From NCBI GenBank assembly GCA_046262735.1, contig JBHEMD010000216.1:3459-67458 (forward strand): a stretch of 64,000 nt of DNA, given 5' to 3'. Every line of letters starts with the position of its first letter. The stretch's first letter is position 1. The translations under genes and the position numbers were made by a program. This document shows, piece after piece, positions 9,688 to 19,806 of this stretch. The DNA comes from Chthoniobacterales bacterium (lineage in GTDB: Bacteria > Verrucomicrobiota > Verrucomicrobiia > Chthoniobacterales > UBA10450). The notes below the pieces were generated by a model, which had not been told where the DNA came from, made no database searches, and saw nothing but the letters and a program-made list of their open reading frames with translations.

Positions 9688-10305
9688 ATGCTCACCGAAC
9701 GACAGCAAAACGTGCTCGACTTTATCCAGCGCGAGCAGCGCGAGAAAGGAATCACGCCGAGCACGCGCGAAATTCAAAGTCATTTCGGCTTCGCCAGCCA
9801 GACTTCGGTCATGCAATACATCGCGGCGCTGGAGCGCAAAGGTTTTCTCAATCGACACGCCCGCAAGGCGCGGGCGCTGATTACGCCGGCAATGAAGGTT
9901 CGGATCACCGATGTGCCGATTTACGGCCAAATCCCGGCAGGCATGTCGGCATTGACCGAGCAGACGATCGAAGGCCACGTCTCGCTCGACGCGCGATCGG
10001 CGAATGTGTCCAGAAACCGCGGCACTTTCGCGTTGCGCGTCCGCGGCGATTCGATGATCGGCGCGCACATTCTGGACTGCGACATTGTGATTTTGGAAGA
10101 CAGCAAGGACGTGCACAGCGGCGATATCGTGGCCGCGCTGATCGACGGCGAAACGACCCTCAAGCGTTACGTCCTCGAGCATGGCCGGCCCTACCTGAAA
10201 GCGGAAAACCCGCGCTATCCAAAGTTAATCCCGGCGGCTGAACTAAAGATCCAAGGCGTAATGGTGTCGCTGGTCCGCAAACAGGAGCGGCGGAAGCGAG
10301 GCTGA
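9688..10305 (+). CDS. lexA: LexA repressor
   Basis: N-terminal winged HTH (LTERQQNVLDFI...TREI). C-terminal S24 peptidase with GDSM and the LKRY Lys. Confidence 0.95.
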   Translation: MLTERQQNVLDFIQREQREKGITPSTREIQSHFGFASQTSVMQYIAALERKGFLNRHARKARALITPAMKVRITDVPIYGQIPAGMSALTEQTIEGHVSLDARSANVSRNRGTFALRVRGDSMIGAHILDCDIVILEDSKDVHSGDIVAALIDGETTLKRYVLEHGRPYLKAENPRYPKLIPAAELKIQGVMVSLVRKQERRKRG

Positions 10306-10371
10306 CTGGCAGGACAGATCGGTCGGGTCTTGCATATTTGAGCGGCGATGGCCACGAATGCCTGAGAGAAA

Positions 10372-10385
10372 TGTTCGTTTGAACA
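10372..10385. promoter_or_regulatory. LexA box upstream of imuA
   Basis: Perfect palindrome TGTTCGTTTGAACA, 13 nt upstream of the imuA ORF. Confidence 0.8.
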
Positions 10386-10397
10386 TAGCAGCTACCG

Positions 10398-11054
10398 GTG
10401 CCATGCTTTGGCATGCCGGCGCCCAGCTCCATTGTCGATCTTAGGAAGTTGCTGGCCGAGCGGTTTCCGCAGCGCAGCACACCGGCGGCGACAGTGTTGC
10501 GGAGCGGTATCGCGTCGCTCGATCAAATCAGCGGTGGCGGGCTGCCGAAAAGTGGGATCACCGAATTGATTAGCCCCCAAATAAACGCGGGGAGCGCTTC
10601 GCTCATTCATGCGCTTGTGCAAAGCGCGCACCAGGCGAACGAGTTCGTCGCATTGATCGATGGCCGAGATTCATTTGATCCATCTGGGTTAATCAATTCG
10701 TGTTTGCATCGTTTACTTTGGGTGCGCTGCCAGAGAGCATTTGACGCGGTTAAAGCCGCGGATCTGCTCTTGCGCGATGGCAATTTCCCACGGGTGATTG
10801 TCGATCTTGTCCTGAATCCGCCGGAGGAGCTGCGCAAAATTCCCCAGACCAGCTGGTATCGTTTGCAACGGCTGGTCGAAGCGGTGCCGACGGCATGTCT
10901 GGTCATGACCCGGCAAAGCGTGGTCAGCAGTGCGCAACTGAAACTCGTGCTCGAAACGCAATGGAGCTTGGAAAGCCTGGAAAATGAGAATGCAACCGCG
11001 CGATTGCGTTTTCGCGTCCGGCGCGCGCACCTCAAATCGGAAATGAGCGATTGA
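10398..11054 (+). CDS. imuA: ImuA-like SOS mutagenesis protein (RecA/KaiC-fold)
   Basis: LDQISGGGLPKSGITELIS...ALIDGRDSFDP pattern. Preceded by a LexA box. ATGA overlap with the imuB-like gene. Confidence 0.7.
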   Translation: MPCFGMPAPSSIVDLRKLLAERFPQRSTPAATVLRSGIASLDQISGGGLPKSGITELISPQINAGSASLIHALVQSAHQANEFVALIDGRDSFDPSGLINSCLHRLLWVRCQRAFDAVKAADLLLRDGNFPRVIVDLVLNPPEELRKIPQTSWYRLQRLVEAVPTACLVMTRQSVVSSAQLKLVLETQWSLESLENENATARLRFRVRRAHLKSEMSD

Positions 11055-11575
11055 TGTTTACGACGATTTATTTGCCCAATTTTTATTTGCAGGCGGCGGT
11101 GCGCCATCAACCGCAGCTTCGCGCGAAGGCGCTCGCCCTGATCGAGGAACACGAAAAAAGACCCGTCGTCATTCAGCTGAATGACGCGGCCGAAGCCGCC
11201 GGGATTCGCAAGGGAATGACACCGAGCCAGGCGCTGGCGCGCTGTTTGCAGGTGGTTATCCGGGTGCGCGAGCGAGCGCAGGAAAAATTAATCGACGAAA
11301 TTTTGCTCCAGCACGCGTTTACGCTCAGCCCGTTTGTGGAAGCGACCGCGCCGGGCGTTTGCACCATTCAATTTACCGACAATCGGAATCTGACGGCGAA
11401 ACTGGCGCGCGTAGTCGAAAAATTAGCCAAATGCGACATTAATGCTCAGGCTGGGATTGCGCCCCTGCCAGACACAAGTTTGCTGGCGGCGCATTTGGCA
11501 GGGCCGGTCCGCGAGGTCGGCGACGCAAAAGATTTTCTCGCGCCTTTACCGATTGAAACGGTGGCGCTCGCGTAA
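11051..11575 (+). CDS. imuB: ImuB-like Y-family polymerase, N-terminal fragment only (174 aa)
   Basis: MMFTTIYLPNFYLQAAV...AAGIRKGMTPSQA matches an ImuB N-terminus. The ORF stops about one third of the usual length and abuts the 3' end of a convergent aquaporin gene. Confidence 0.65.
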   Translation: MMFTTIYLPNFYLQAAVRHQPQLRAKALALIEEHEKRPVVIQLNDAAEAAGIRKGMTPSQALARCLQVVIRVRERAQEKLIDEILLQHAFTLSPFVEATAPGVCTIQFTDNRNLTAKLARVVEKLAKCDINAQAGIAPLPDTSLLAAHLAGPVREVGDAKDFLAPLPIETVALA

Positions 11576-11584
11576 AATCGACCG

Positions 11585-12277
11585 TCACCGGCGGGGCGGA
11601 CGATCGGCAATTTCCGTCCGGTCCACCTGGACGGATTTTCGTTCCATCAACAGGCTGTAAACGAAACCGCCGGCGGCAGCGCCGATGAACGGACCAAGCC
11701 AGTAAACATAATGGTCGTGCCAAAAATTTGCGGCCAGCGCGGGGCCGAAGACGCGCGCGGGGTTCATGGCCGCGCCGGTCAGCGGTCCACCGAACAAGAT
11801 ATCCAGGGTGATTGTCGATCCAATCGCGAGACCAGCGACGCGCCGTCCGCGTTCATCAATGGCCGTGCCAAACACAACAAAGACGAGAAAGAAGGTGAGG
11901 ATCGCTTCGACCAAAATCCCCTGAGTCGGGTTTAAATTGATAGCGAGCTGCGGTGTGCCAGTGACAACGACATCCCGGCCAAAAAGACCCAGACAAATCA
12001 ATCCTGCGGTGAATCCGCCGAGTAATTGCGCGCTCCAGTAACGGACTGCATTGGCGATAGTCATGTGACCACCGCAAAGCAAACCGAACGTGACAGCGGG
12101 ATTCAGTTGGCCGCCAGAGATATGCAGGGTCGCGGAAACAAATGCCGCGATGGTCAGCCCATGCGCCAACGCGACCGCGAGCACGTCGTGCCCCGCAGTT
12201 TTGATCGCGCCGATACCGACAAAAATCAGCGCAAACGTGCCGACGAATTCTGCGAGCCATGGACGAAGTTTTTCCAT
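11585..12277 (-). CDS. aqpZ: aquaporin Z / MIP-family channel
   Basis: Two NPA boxes (GGQLNPAVTFG, GAAMNPARVFGPA) and six TM helices. ATG at 12277 preferred over TTG at 12289. Confidence 0.9.
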   Translation of the reverse strand: MEKLRPWLAEFVGTFALIFVGIGAIKTAGHDVLAVALAHGLTIAAFVSATLHISGGQLNPAVTFGLLCGGHMTIANAVRYWSAQLLGGFTAGLICLGLFGRDVVVTGTPQLAINLNPTQGILVEAILTFFLVFVVFGTAIDERGRRVAGLAIGSTITLDILFGGPLTGAAMNPARVFGPALAANFWHDHYVYWLGPFIGAAAGGFVYSLLMERKSVQVDRTEIADRPPRR

Positions 12278-12350
12278 GCCCGAATGCAATCAAATTGCAT
12301 TCGAAGTGACAATGCGCTTTTGGAGGGACACGCGGACGCCCTCCACCTGT

Positions 12351-14789
12351 TCAGCTGCCGGCGTAATTCGGATATTTCTCGCGCAACTGGCGTCCGACGC
12401 GGTCGGCCTCATCGGTTTTGCCGGCGCGCTGGTAGGAGAGAGCGGCTTTCTGCAAGGCACGCGGAGTAATGGCCGGATCGTCGTAGAGCAACGCGACGCT
12501 CATGAAAGCTTTACCGGCGTCTTCAAAACGGCCGCGCTCGAATTGCACGTCCCCGGCCAGCAGTCGCGCCTCGGCGTTTACGCGGCCTTCGGGCTGCAGG
12601 ACCATGATTTGCTCCGCGATCTTTTGCGCCTCATCCGGTTTGTGCGCGGCGATTTTGACCGCGCCGAGCGCGAGCAACACTTTGGCTTTGCCCGCCGGAT
12701 CGGTAGCGATCTGGAGATATTTGCCAAAAGCATTCTCCGATTCATCGAACTTTTGCTGCTTGGCTGCGGCATCGCCGAGATAAAACCAGAAGTCGGGCTT
12801 GACCGATTGATTGTCTATTTTGCCGAGGATGCCGAGGTACCTTTCCGCGGCGGCGTAATTTTTTTCGTTGTAGTACTCGATACCGAGCCACTCCAGGATT
12901 TCGCCGGGAACAATCGCGGCGAGGTTGGCCGCCAGAAACGCGTCCACTTCGCGAGTCGCGGAAGCGCGGTCGCGCAGACCGAAGTAACACGAGATGATGC
13001 GAATAGTCGCTGGGTTGAAATATTGTTCCTTGCTCAGACGCCGCGCTGCGTCTAGTGCCGGCAGCGCGCTTTTGTAGTCCTTCGCTTCGAACGCCACTTT
13101 GCCGATGTAATATTGCGCCTGCGCCGCCGCCGGGCTCTTGGGAAATTCCTTGAGCAACTGGCGGAAAGTGTCGCTCATGCCTTTTGCATTTTGCTGCTGA
13201 CCAAGGATGAGGGCTTTGTTCTGCAACGCCTGTTCGCGTTCGCGGGCAGAGGAATATCTGCTCAGGAGCATGTTCCAATCGGCCAACGCCGCATCGTAAT
13301 TTTTATCCTGCTGATACGCCGACGCGCGTTGGGCCAGCGCGGAGGGCGCCTGCGGATTATCGGGAAACGCCTGCAGGAAATAGTTAAACGCCTCGACGGT
13401 CCCGGCGATATCTTTCAGCAGGATGTAACACCAGCCCAGTTTGTAGGCGCATTCCGCGTGGAGCTTGGCCGGAAGCTCCGACGCGCGCAGCTCGGCGTAG
13501 ATGGGCGCGGCGCGCTCATAGTTTTGCTGTTTATAAAGTGCTTCGGCTTTCAGCAGCTTCGCCTGATCGGCGCGCTCAGTGGTTGGATTGGTCGCGAGAA
13601 ATTCGTCCACCTCCGGCGGCAGCGTCGAAGGATCGGAATTATAAACGTTGATCAAGCGCTGATACCGCGCGTCCTTGGCTTCTTCGCGGTCCGGATATTT
13701 TTCGATGATCTCGCGATAGAGCGCTTCGGCGTCAGCCGCGTGACCGAGTTGACGCTGGCTGTTGGCGGCGAACAACATCGCTTCGGCGCGCGCTTCCTCC
13801 GGGATTTGCGGCTGGACCTTCTTGTAATCGGCCAACACCTGAGCGTATCGGCCCGATTGATATTGCAGGCGCAGCAGGCCGACCTGCGCGAGCGCGCGCC
13901 AGCGGCCGGCCTCCGGCAGGGAGCGGCCGCGCTGGAGCAGGGCCATGGCTTTATCCCCCATCGCCTTGTCGATTTTGCCCTTCTCTGGTTGCTGCAGATC
14001 GATCGCGAGCAGGCCGGCGCGCACGGTCGCTTCGGCACGTAACGCCGGTTTCTCGGCTTCAGCGGCCAGTGCTTCATAATGCCGGAGCGCGTCGGCCTTG
14101 CGGCCGCGTGTCAGCGCAATTGCCGCCGCCGTGCGCCGGGCGTCCTCGCGATAAGGATTCGAATCTTTGACTTCGGCGATCTGCGCGTAAAGGTCCCCGG
14201 CTTCATCTTTCCGATCGAGCGCCTCGAGGCAGCGCGCTTCGAAATAGCGCGCCGATAGTGCAACCGCCGACGCTTTGGATTTGAGCGCCGACCGATGGAA
14301 AAAACCAAGCGCGGCGGCGTAATCCTTATCCGTGAAGGCCATCTCGCCGAGCGCATAGGCGGCCGGTCCGGCAAACTCGCTCTCGGGATAATCGTTCAGG
14401 ATCTTTTGGAAACTGGTGCGCGCATTCGCTGCGCGATGCAGGTTGCGATAGCATTCGCCGAGGGAAAAATAAGCGTTGGCTGTCCCGGGACCGCCACGAA
14501 AGTCGTCCAGGTATTTTTGGTACTCGGGAACCGCCAGGTCGTAGAGTTTGCGAGTGAAAAGACCGTTCGCGTACTCAATCTGGCGACGATCAGCCCCTTC
14601 GGAAGGTGGCGCCGCTTCCCGTGGGGAAAGTGCGGGCGGCTCCTCAACCGGCTGCGCGCGAGTGATTGGCGGTTCCAGGACAGGTTGCGCGCGACGAATT
14701 TCCGGCTGGTATTGGCCGAACATCGCGGCCATTGGCCAGACGATGGCCAGAAAACAGCCGCAGCCGGCCGCGCTGCGCGCGAGGTTCAT
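12351..14789 (-). CDS. large periplasmic TPR-repeat protein (YbgF/Tol-associated-like)
   Basis: Signal-like N-terminus, then more than 15 TPR-like repeats. ATGA overlap with exbD suggests the start at 14789. Confidence 0.8.
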   Translation of the reverse strand: MNLARSAAGCGCFLAIVWPMAAMFGQYQPEIRRAQPVLEPPITRAQPVEEPPALSPREAAPPSEGADRRQIEYANGLFTRKLYDLAVPEYQKYLDDFRGGPGTANAYFSLGECYRNLHRAANARTSFQKILNDYPESEFAGPAAYALGEMAFTDKDYAAALGFFHRSALKSKASAVALSARYFEARCLEALDRKDEAGDLYAQIAEVKDSNPYREDARRTAAAIALTRGRKADALRHYEALAAEAEKPALRAEATVRAGLLAIDLQQPEKGKIDKAMGDKAMALLQRGRSLPEAGRWRALAQVGLLRLQYQSGRYAQVLADYKKVQPQIPEEARAEAMLFAANSQRQLGHAADAEALYREIIEKYPDREEAKDARYQRLINVYNSDPSTLPPEVDEFLATNPTTERADQAKLLKAEALYKQQNYERAAPIYAELRASELPAKLHAECAYKLGWCYILLKDIAGTVEAFNYFLQAFPDNPQAPSALAQRASAYQQDKNYDAALADWNMLLSRYSSAREREQALQNKALILGQQQNAKGMSDTFRQLLKEFPKSPAAAQAQYYIGKVAFEAKDYKSALPALDAARRLSKEQYFNPATIRIISCYFGLRDRASATREVDAFLAANLAAIVPGEILEWLGIEYYNEKNYAAAERYLGILGKIDNQSVKPDFWFYLGDAAAKQQKFDESENAFGKYLQIATDPAGKAKVLLALGAVKIAAHKPDEAQKIAEQIMVLQPEGRVNAEARLLAGDVQFERGRFEDAGKAFMSVALLYDDPAITPRALQKAALSYQRAGKTDEADRVGRQLREKYPNYAGS

Positions 14790-15193
14790 TTCGCCGTGGC
14801 GAAAGCGACGTTGGTTATTCCAGCCTGCGTGCAAAGGTCCAACACATTGATGATGTTTTTGTAGGCACCGGCTTCATCCCCGCGAATCACGACCGCCTGC
14901 TCGGCATTAAGCTGAACCAGACCCTTAAGCAGCTCGGTCAATTCCGGGCCGCTCAATGTGCGCCGGTTAACGACGACGTTGCCGTCCGCTTTCACGTTTA
15001 CGATGACGTCTCCAATCGGCGCGCTTTTCTCTTTGGCCGAGGCAGCTTTGGGGACCTTGACGTCGAGCTCGTTTTCATTGCGGGCTGCATTCCAGGTAAG
15101 AAGAAAGAAAATCAATAGCAGTAGCAGCACGTCGACCAGGGGCGCGAGCTGAATGCCCGGATGTTGGATCGGGGCGCGGCCACGCAGGTTCAT
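14786..15193 (-). CDS. exbD: ExbD/TolR biopolymer transport protein
   Basis: 135 aa. N-terminal TM (LAPLVDVLLLLLIFFL) and a periplasmic ExbD domain. Confidence 0.85.
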   Translation of the reverse strand: MNLRGRAPIQHPGIQLAPLVDVLLLLLIFFLLTWNAARNENELDVKVPKAASAKEKSAPIGDVIVNVKADGNVVVNRRTLSGPELTELLKGLVQLNAEQAVVIRGDEAGAYKNIINVLDLCTQAGITNVAFATAK

Positions 15194-15228
15194 GCAAAAG
15201 TGTCGATCTCGCGAGACGTGGTGAACGT

Positions 15229-16014
15229 TTAAATCTCGTCCTCGAGCAGGACCGGGGCGCGCTCGAATCGTTTGTCGTGTTGCAACGACAGCAAGGCGAG
15301 GATGTGCGTGGATGCGGATTCCAATTCCGAGATCAGTTTTTGCGATTTGCCGCGGAAATAGGCATAAAAGGCCATCGCCGGGATACCGATGGCGAGACCG
15401 GCGCAGGTGTTGACCAATGCTTCGCTAATCCCGCGGGAGAGCAAGACATAGCGCGCGGTCCCTAGATCGGCCCCGAGAGCCCCGCAAGAGCGAATGATCC
15501 CCAGCACAGTGCCGAGCAGCCCAAGCAGCGGCGCAATCATCCCGATATCGGCCAGATAGGTCACCCGATTGTTCAGACTAGCGGCGACGCGGCCGCCCTC
15601 GGTCTCTGCGATCTCGCGCACCTGTTGGAAATCCGCGCCGGGATTCTTCGTCGTGAAATCGAGAATCTTTTGGACCACGCGCGCGATCGCTTCGCCATGC
15701 CGGTTCGATACCGCGAGCAGCCCGAGATAATCGCGCTTCCGCAGAAGCGCGTCGGCAGTGGCCATAAAACCGCTGGAGACAACAGCGCCGCGGCGGATCG
15801 TCATCAGATAAGTGATCAGGAGCATGACGAACAAGATTGAGAGGGCGAAAAGCAAAATCATTACCGGGCCGGCCGCCATCAGCGCATCCATGATCGTTTT
15901 CGTACGCGGAAGATCGACAATTGGCGGCGGCGCAGGACTGGCGGCCGGTGGCGCCTGCGCCAGGAGCGGAGCTGTGCTCGCGAGCATTGCGAGCAGCGAG
16001 AGCAAAATCTTCAT
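15229..16014 (-). CDS. exbB: MotA/TolQ/ExbB proton-channel protein
   Basis: ALVNTCAGLAIGIPAMAFYAYF is an ExbB signature. Start set at MKILLSLLAML (16014), because the longer ORF would overlap glgE. Confidence 0.85.
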   Translation of the reverse strand: MKILLSLLAMLASTAPLLAQAPPAASPAPPPIVDLPRTKTIMDALMAAGPVMILLFALSILFVMLLITYLMTIRRGAVVSSGFMATADALLRKRDYLGLLAVSNRHGEAIARVVQKILDFTTKNPGADFQQVREIAETEGGRVAASLNNRVTYLADIGMIAPLLGLLGTVLGIIRSCGALGADLGTARYVLLSRGISEALVNTCAGLAIGIPAMAFYAYFRGKSQKLISELESASTHILALLSLQHDKRFERAPVLLEDEI

Positions 16015-16099
16015 GCCCAAAGTGCCGTAATCATAGACGGCGCGTCTGGGGATGCAACTTGCCGCCTGGATTCTAAACCCGTTGTCGAAGTTGAAGTTG

Positions 16100-18085
16100 C
16101 TAGGCAAAACGATCGCCGCCGATCCAGCGGCGGACGCGAAAGATATGGGCGGGCTGAACCTCGGGGTCGAGCTCGACGTAGTTGCGGCGCCCGTTCCAGG
16201 TGTAGCGCGCATCGCTCAACAGATCGTGAACCTGGTAGGCGTCGCCTTCGATTGAGCCGAATTGTTCGATCGGAACATCGACAAAGGAATGTTGTTTGTG
16301 ATGCGGGTCGAGGTTCACCACCACTAGAATGATGTTGTCACGTGCCGGCGTCATTTTCCCATAGAACAGGATCGCTTCGTTGTCGGCATGGTAGAAATGC
16401 ACGTTGTCGTAAAATTGGAGGGCCCGATTTTCCCTGCGGATCTGGTTCAACCGTGTAATCCATTCCTTGATGTTGCCGGGCGCGTTCCAGTCGCGCTCTT
16501 TGAATTGATATTTCTCGGAATCGAGATACTCCTCGCGCCCGGGCAGCGCCTCGTTCTCGCACAGTTCGTATCCGCTGTAGATGCCGTAAACGCTCGACAT
16601 CGTGGCAGCGAGCGTGACCCGAACCATGAATGCGGGCCGGCCGCCATCCTGGAGATAGAACGGCAGGATGTCCGGTGTATTTGGCCAGAGGTTGCCGCGA
16701 AAATACTCGCGCATCTCGGTTTGAGGCAGCTCGGTCAAGTATTCGGTCAGCTCGCTCTTGGAATTTCTCCAGGTAAAATAAGTGTAACTCTGAGTGAAGC
16801 CGGCTTTGGCCAGCGCCTTCATCATCTTGGGTTTAGTGAACGCCTCGGCGAGAAAGAGCACGTCCGGATAGCGGTCGCGCACCTCGGCAATGAGATATTC
16901 CCAAAAGGCAACCGGTTTGGTGTGCGGATTATCGACGCGAAAAATGCGCACGCCACGTTTCCCCCAAAACAGGATGATACTCACCATTTCCGCCCAAAGC
17001 TCCGGCCAGTTTTCGCAACGAAAATTGAGCGGGTAAATGTCTTCGTATTTTCTCGGCGGATTTTCGGCGTATTTGATCGAGCCATCCGGGCGTTTGTAGA
17101 ACCATTCGGGATGTTCGCGCACATAGGGGTGGTCGGGAGAACAATTGATCGCGAAATCGAGCGCGATTTCCATTCCGCGACGGCGCACTTGTTCCTGGAG
17201 CCAGTCGAAATCTTCGAACGTGCCGAGGGAAGGCTCGACTGCTTTGTGTCCGCCGGCCTCGCTGCCGATGGCCCACGGCACGCCGGGGTCGCCCGGCTGG
17301 GCAACAATCGCGTTATTCCGGCCTTTGCGATTCGTATGCCCGATCGGATGGATCGGCGGAAAATAGATGACATCGAACCCCATGGCTTTGGCGTCGTCGA
17401 TTCGCTGCAAACAGTCGCGGAAAGTCGACCCACGATCGCCGCGTCCTTCGGCCGAGCGCGGAAAAAACTCATACCACGCGCCGATTTGCGCCGCGGGGCG
17501 GTCGACAATGACGCGGGCGGGCGGCGCGTATTGAGTGGCAGCGGAGCGGTCGGGATAGCTCGCCATTAGCACATCGAGCTCGCCCGACTGCGCAATGGCG
17601 TTGACTTGCCCGCTCTCGCTCGTTCGCAACAGGTCCGAGAATTCGCGCAACCGTCTTGCATCCGCCGCCACCTTCGCGCGTTTGGCCGCGGCTCCGAGCA
17701 ACGCGGCGCCTTCGAGTATTTCGGCGGTGAGATTGGAAACGCCGGCTTCGAATTTCGCTGCGAACTCGCGCTGCCACGCGCGAAACGTGTCGGTCCAGGC
17801 CTCGACGGTGTATTCGTAGGTGGCGCTTTCGTAAAGTGTGCACACCCCGCGCCAGCGATCGTTATCAACGTGCGTCATGGGCGTTTCCTGCCAGCGCCGC
17901 TTGCCCAGGACACGCCACCTCAAGACTGCGGCCACGACATCATGGCCATCCTTGAAAATGTCCGCTTCGACAACGAGGTCCTCCCCGACGATGCGTTTAA
18001 CCGGGTAGCGCCCGCCGTCGATGAGCGGCTGCAAATTTTCAATCACGGCGGTGGGAAAGGCCCGGACCATGGGGCCTTCAATCAA
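16100..18085 (-). CDS. glgE: alpha-1,4-glucan:maltose-1-phosphate maltosyltransferase
   Basis: N-terminus IENLQPLIDGGRYPVKR plus a GH13 catalytic core (GFDVIYFPPIHPIG, RVDNPHTKP). Confidence 0.9.
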   Translation of the reverse strand: MIEGPMVRAFPTAVIENLQPLIDGGRYPVKRIVGEDLVVEADIFKDGHDVVAAVLRWRVLGKRRWQETPMTHVDNDRWRGVCTLYESATYEYTVEAWTDTFRAWQREFAAKFEAGVSNLTAEILEGAALLGAAAKRAKVAADARRLREFSDLLRTSESGQVNAIAQSGELDVLMASYPDRSAATQYAPPARVIVDRPAAQIGAWYEFFPRSAEGRGDRGSTFRDCLQRIDDAKAMGFDVIYFPPIHPIGHTNRKGRNNAIVAQPGDPGVPWAIGSEAGGHKAVEPSLGTFEDFDWLQEQVRRRGMEIALDFAINCSPDHPYVREHPEWFYKRPDGSIKYAENPPRKYEDIYPLNFRCENWPELWAEMVSIILFWGKRGVRIFRVDNPHTKPVAFWEYLIAEVRDRYPDVLFLAEAFTKPKMMKALAKAGFTQSYTYFTWRNSKSELTEYLTELPQTEMREYFRGNLWPNTPDILPFYLQDGGRPAFMVRVTLAATMSSVYGIYSGYELCENEALPGREEYLDSEKYQFKERDWNAPGNIKEWITRLNQIRRENRALQFYDNVHFYHADNEAILFYGKMTPARDNIILVVVNLDPHHKQHSFVDVPIEQFGSIEGDAYQVHDLLSDARYTWNGRRNYVELDPEVQPAHIFRVRRWIGGDRFA

Positions 18086-18142
18086 CTGAAATTAACCTGC
18101 CGCGAAAGAGGAAATCGCGCCTGCGCTAAGATCGACAACCGC

Positions 18143-18802
18143 TTAGAGAGTGAAATAGAACGCGCACTCGTACAATCCCGAGCTGCGCGTTTCTTCGCGG
18201 CGGACAGGCGTGCTGAGGACGGCCTCAAACATGTCCTGCTCGAGCCGGCCGACGATCGGATATTGCTCGAGCAGGTTTATAATCGGCGAGTGACACTCCA
18301 GAATCTGCGTCCCGCCCTGCTTCGGGTCGTTTACAACTTGCGCCATGTAACCTTCGTTATCACGCACTTTTGCCAGCCATTTTGAGCGCTCGAGCACGGT
18401 CGAACCCTTGACTTTGGCCTTCAGCTCGGCCGTTTTGCGGGCAAACACATTGTAAAGAAGTTTTTCCGCCGCGTTCGCGCCATAAATTTCCTGCGTCGAT
18501 TTAAGCAACTCGAGAGTCAACCTGTTGCTGTCGGTCTGGAAAAGATCGTGCGTGCGCGACGTCAACCGATACACCATTTCGGGACGCCCCATTTTCTGCG
18601 GGCGCCGCCACGTATCGAGATAGCCATCACGCTGCAGAGTGAGGCAGTGTTGTTTGATACCCATGTAGCTCATCCCCATCTTGGAGACGAGCTCGTTGAC
18701 CGACATTCCTTTGGAGCGTTTGAGTGAGTTGAGAATTTCCAGCCGCTGCGTGCGGCCGATCTCGGCGAGCAACCGTTGATTCATGTGGTGAGCGATGTCC
18801 AA
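18143..18802 (-). CDS. winged-helix transcriptional regulator (ArsR-like N-terminal domain)
   Basis: RLEILNSLKRSKGMSVNELVSKMGMSYMGIKQHCLTLQRDGYL is a wHTH. The C-terminal ~130 aa are unassigned. Confidence 0.6.
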   Translation of the reverse strand: MDIAHHMNQRLLAEIGRTQRLEILNSLKRSKGMSVNELVSKMGMSYMGIKQHCLTLQRDGYLDTWRRPQKMGRPEMVYRLTSRTHDLFQTDSNRLTLELLKSTQEIYGANAAEKLLYNVFARKTAELKAKVKGSTVLERSKWLAKVRDNEGYMAQVVNDPKQGGTQILECHSPIINLLEQYPIVGRLEQDMFEAVLSTPVRREETRSSGLYECAFYFTL

Positions 18803-18891
18803 GTTGCCGGATTGTATCGGTCTAAATTTGGGGAATGCAACCTTAATTCCGTGAATTGCTTATCCGCGAAAAAACCGGGATCGTTTCCAGC

Positions 18892-19806
18892 TCACCGAAA
18901 AGGAAGATCGACAATCTGCACCGAAACCGGGTTCGGCGCGTCTGCCGCGGCCGTGGCGGCGAGGCTCGTGCCGGGGGAATTAAAGCCTCGCTTTACATAA
19001 CCAAGCGCGATGGTTTTGCCCAGCCGGGCATTGTCGCCGGCACTTGTGATCCAGCCCACTTCTTTTGCGCACTCGGCCCCACCGTACAACCGTACCCCCT
19101 GGGCAAGCGGAGCGCCGGCTGCCGCCACCAAGCCGCACAATCTCTTGTTCGTTTGTCCGGACATCTTCATGCGCGAAATGGTTTCCTGCCCGATGTAGCA
19201 GCCTTTGTCGTAATCGATGCAACGCCCTTCCAAATTCGCTTCAATTGGAATGATCTCCGGCGTCAATTCGCGGCCCCAGTGGGGAATCCCCTGCTCCAGC
19301 CGGAAGATTTCCGAGCAGTCCGGACCACAAAAGCCAAACTGCTCGAACAGCTCCGCGACCATCCCTTCCCGATGGTCGCCTGCAACCCAGACGTCCCATC
19401 CCGGCCCACCGAAACGATTAGCCGACGTAAGCCTGTACTCGCGGCCAAGTGAGGGGCGCTCCGGATCGAAGATGTGCAAGATCGACAATTCATCCGTGAC
19501 GTCCTTTACCTCAACGTCGTCAGCAATGATGTAGCGTTCGAGGCGCTGCGGCAGCGATCCGCGCAATTCGGAATCGGCGTCGAGCAGGAACGAATCTGGC
19601 TCGGCAGTGAGAAAAAGGTGCGCATCCATTTTGCCTTTGGCGTTGAGGATGCACGCCTCGAGCGCCTCTGACTCGCTCGCCTTGCGCGCATCGTTTGTCA
19701 GCTGACCATTAAGAAAGCGAAGGCGGTCGCGTCCGCCGACACGCAGTTTGGCGCGCCTGGACAGATCGAAGAGCGCACCGTCCGCCGGACGACGCGACGC
19801 CGTCAT
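18892..19806 (-). CDS. ygfZ: folate-binding YgfZ/GcvT-family protein
   Basis: KGCYIGQE signature within an aminomethyltransferase-like fold. Confidence 0.8.
   Translation of the reverse strand: MTASRRPADGALFDLSRRAKLRVGGRDRLRFLNGQLTNDARKASESEALEACILNAKGKMDAHLFLTAEPDSFLLDADSELRGSLPQRLERYIIADDVEVKDVTDELSILHIFDPERPSLGREYRLTSANRFGGPGWDVWVAGDHREGMVAELFEQFGFCGPDCSEIFRLEQGIPHWGRELTPEIIPIEANLEGRCIDYDKGCYIGQETISRMKMSGQTNKRLCGLVAAAGAPLAQGVRLYGGAECAKEVGWITSAGDNARLGKTIALGYVKRGFNSPGTSLAATAAADAPNPVSVQIVDLPFR

Noticed and set aside
15229-16212. Long N-terminal extensions offered by the ORF track for exbB (to 16212), the TonB receptor (to 60072), lptD (from 30132), the oxidoreductase (to 21101) and hemB (from 40451)
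   Set aside because: The extensions overlap neighbouring genes or precede obvious signal peptides or family-typical N-termini. Internal starts were chosen instead.
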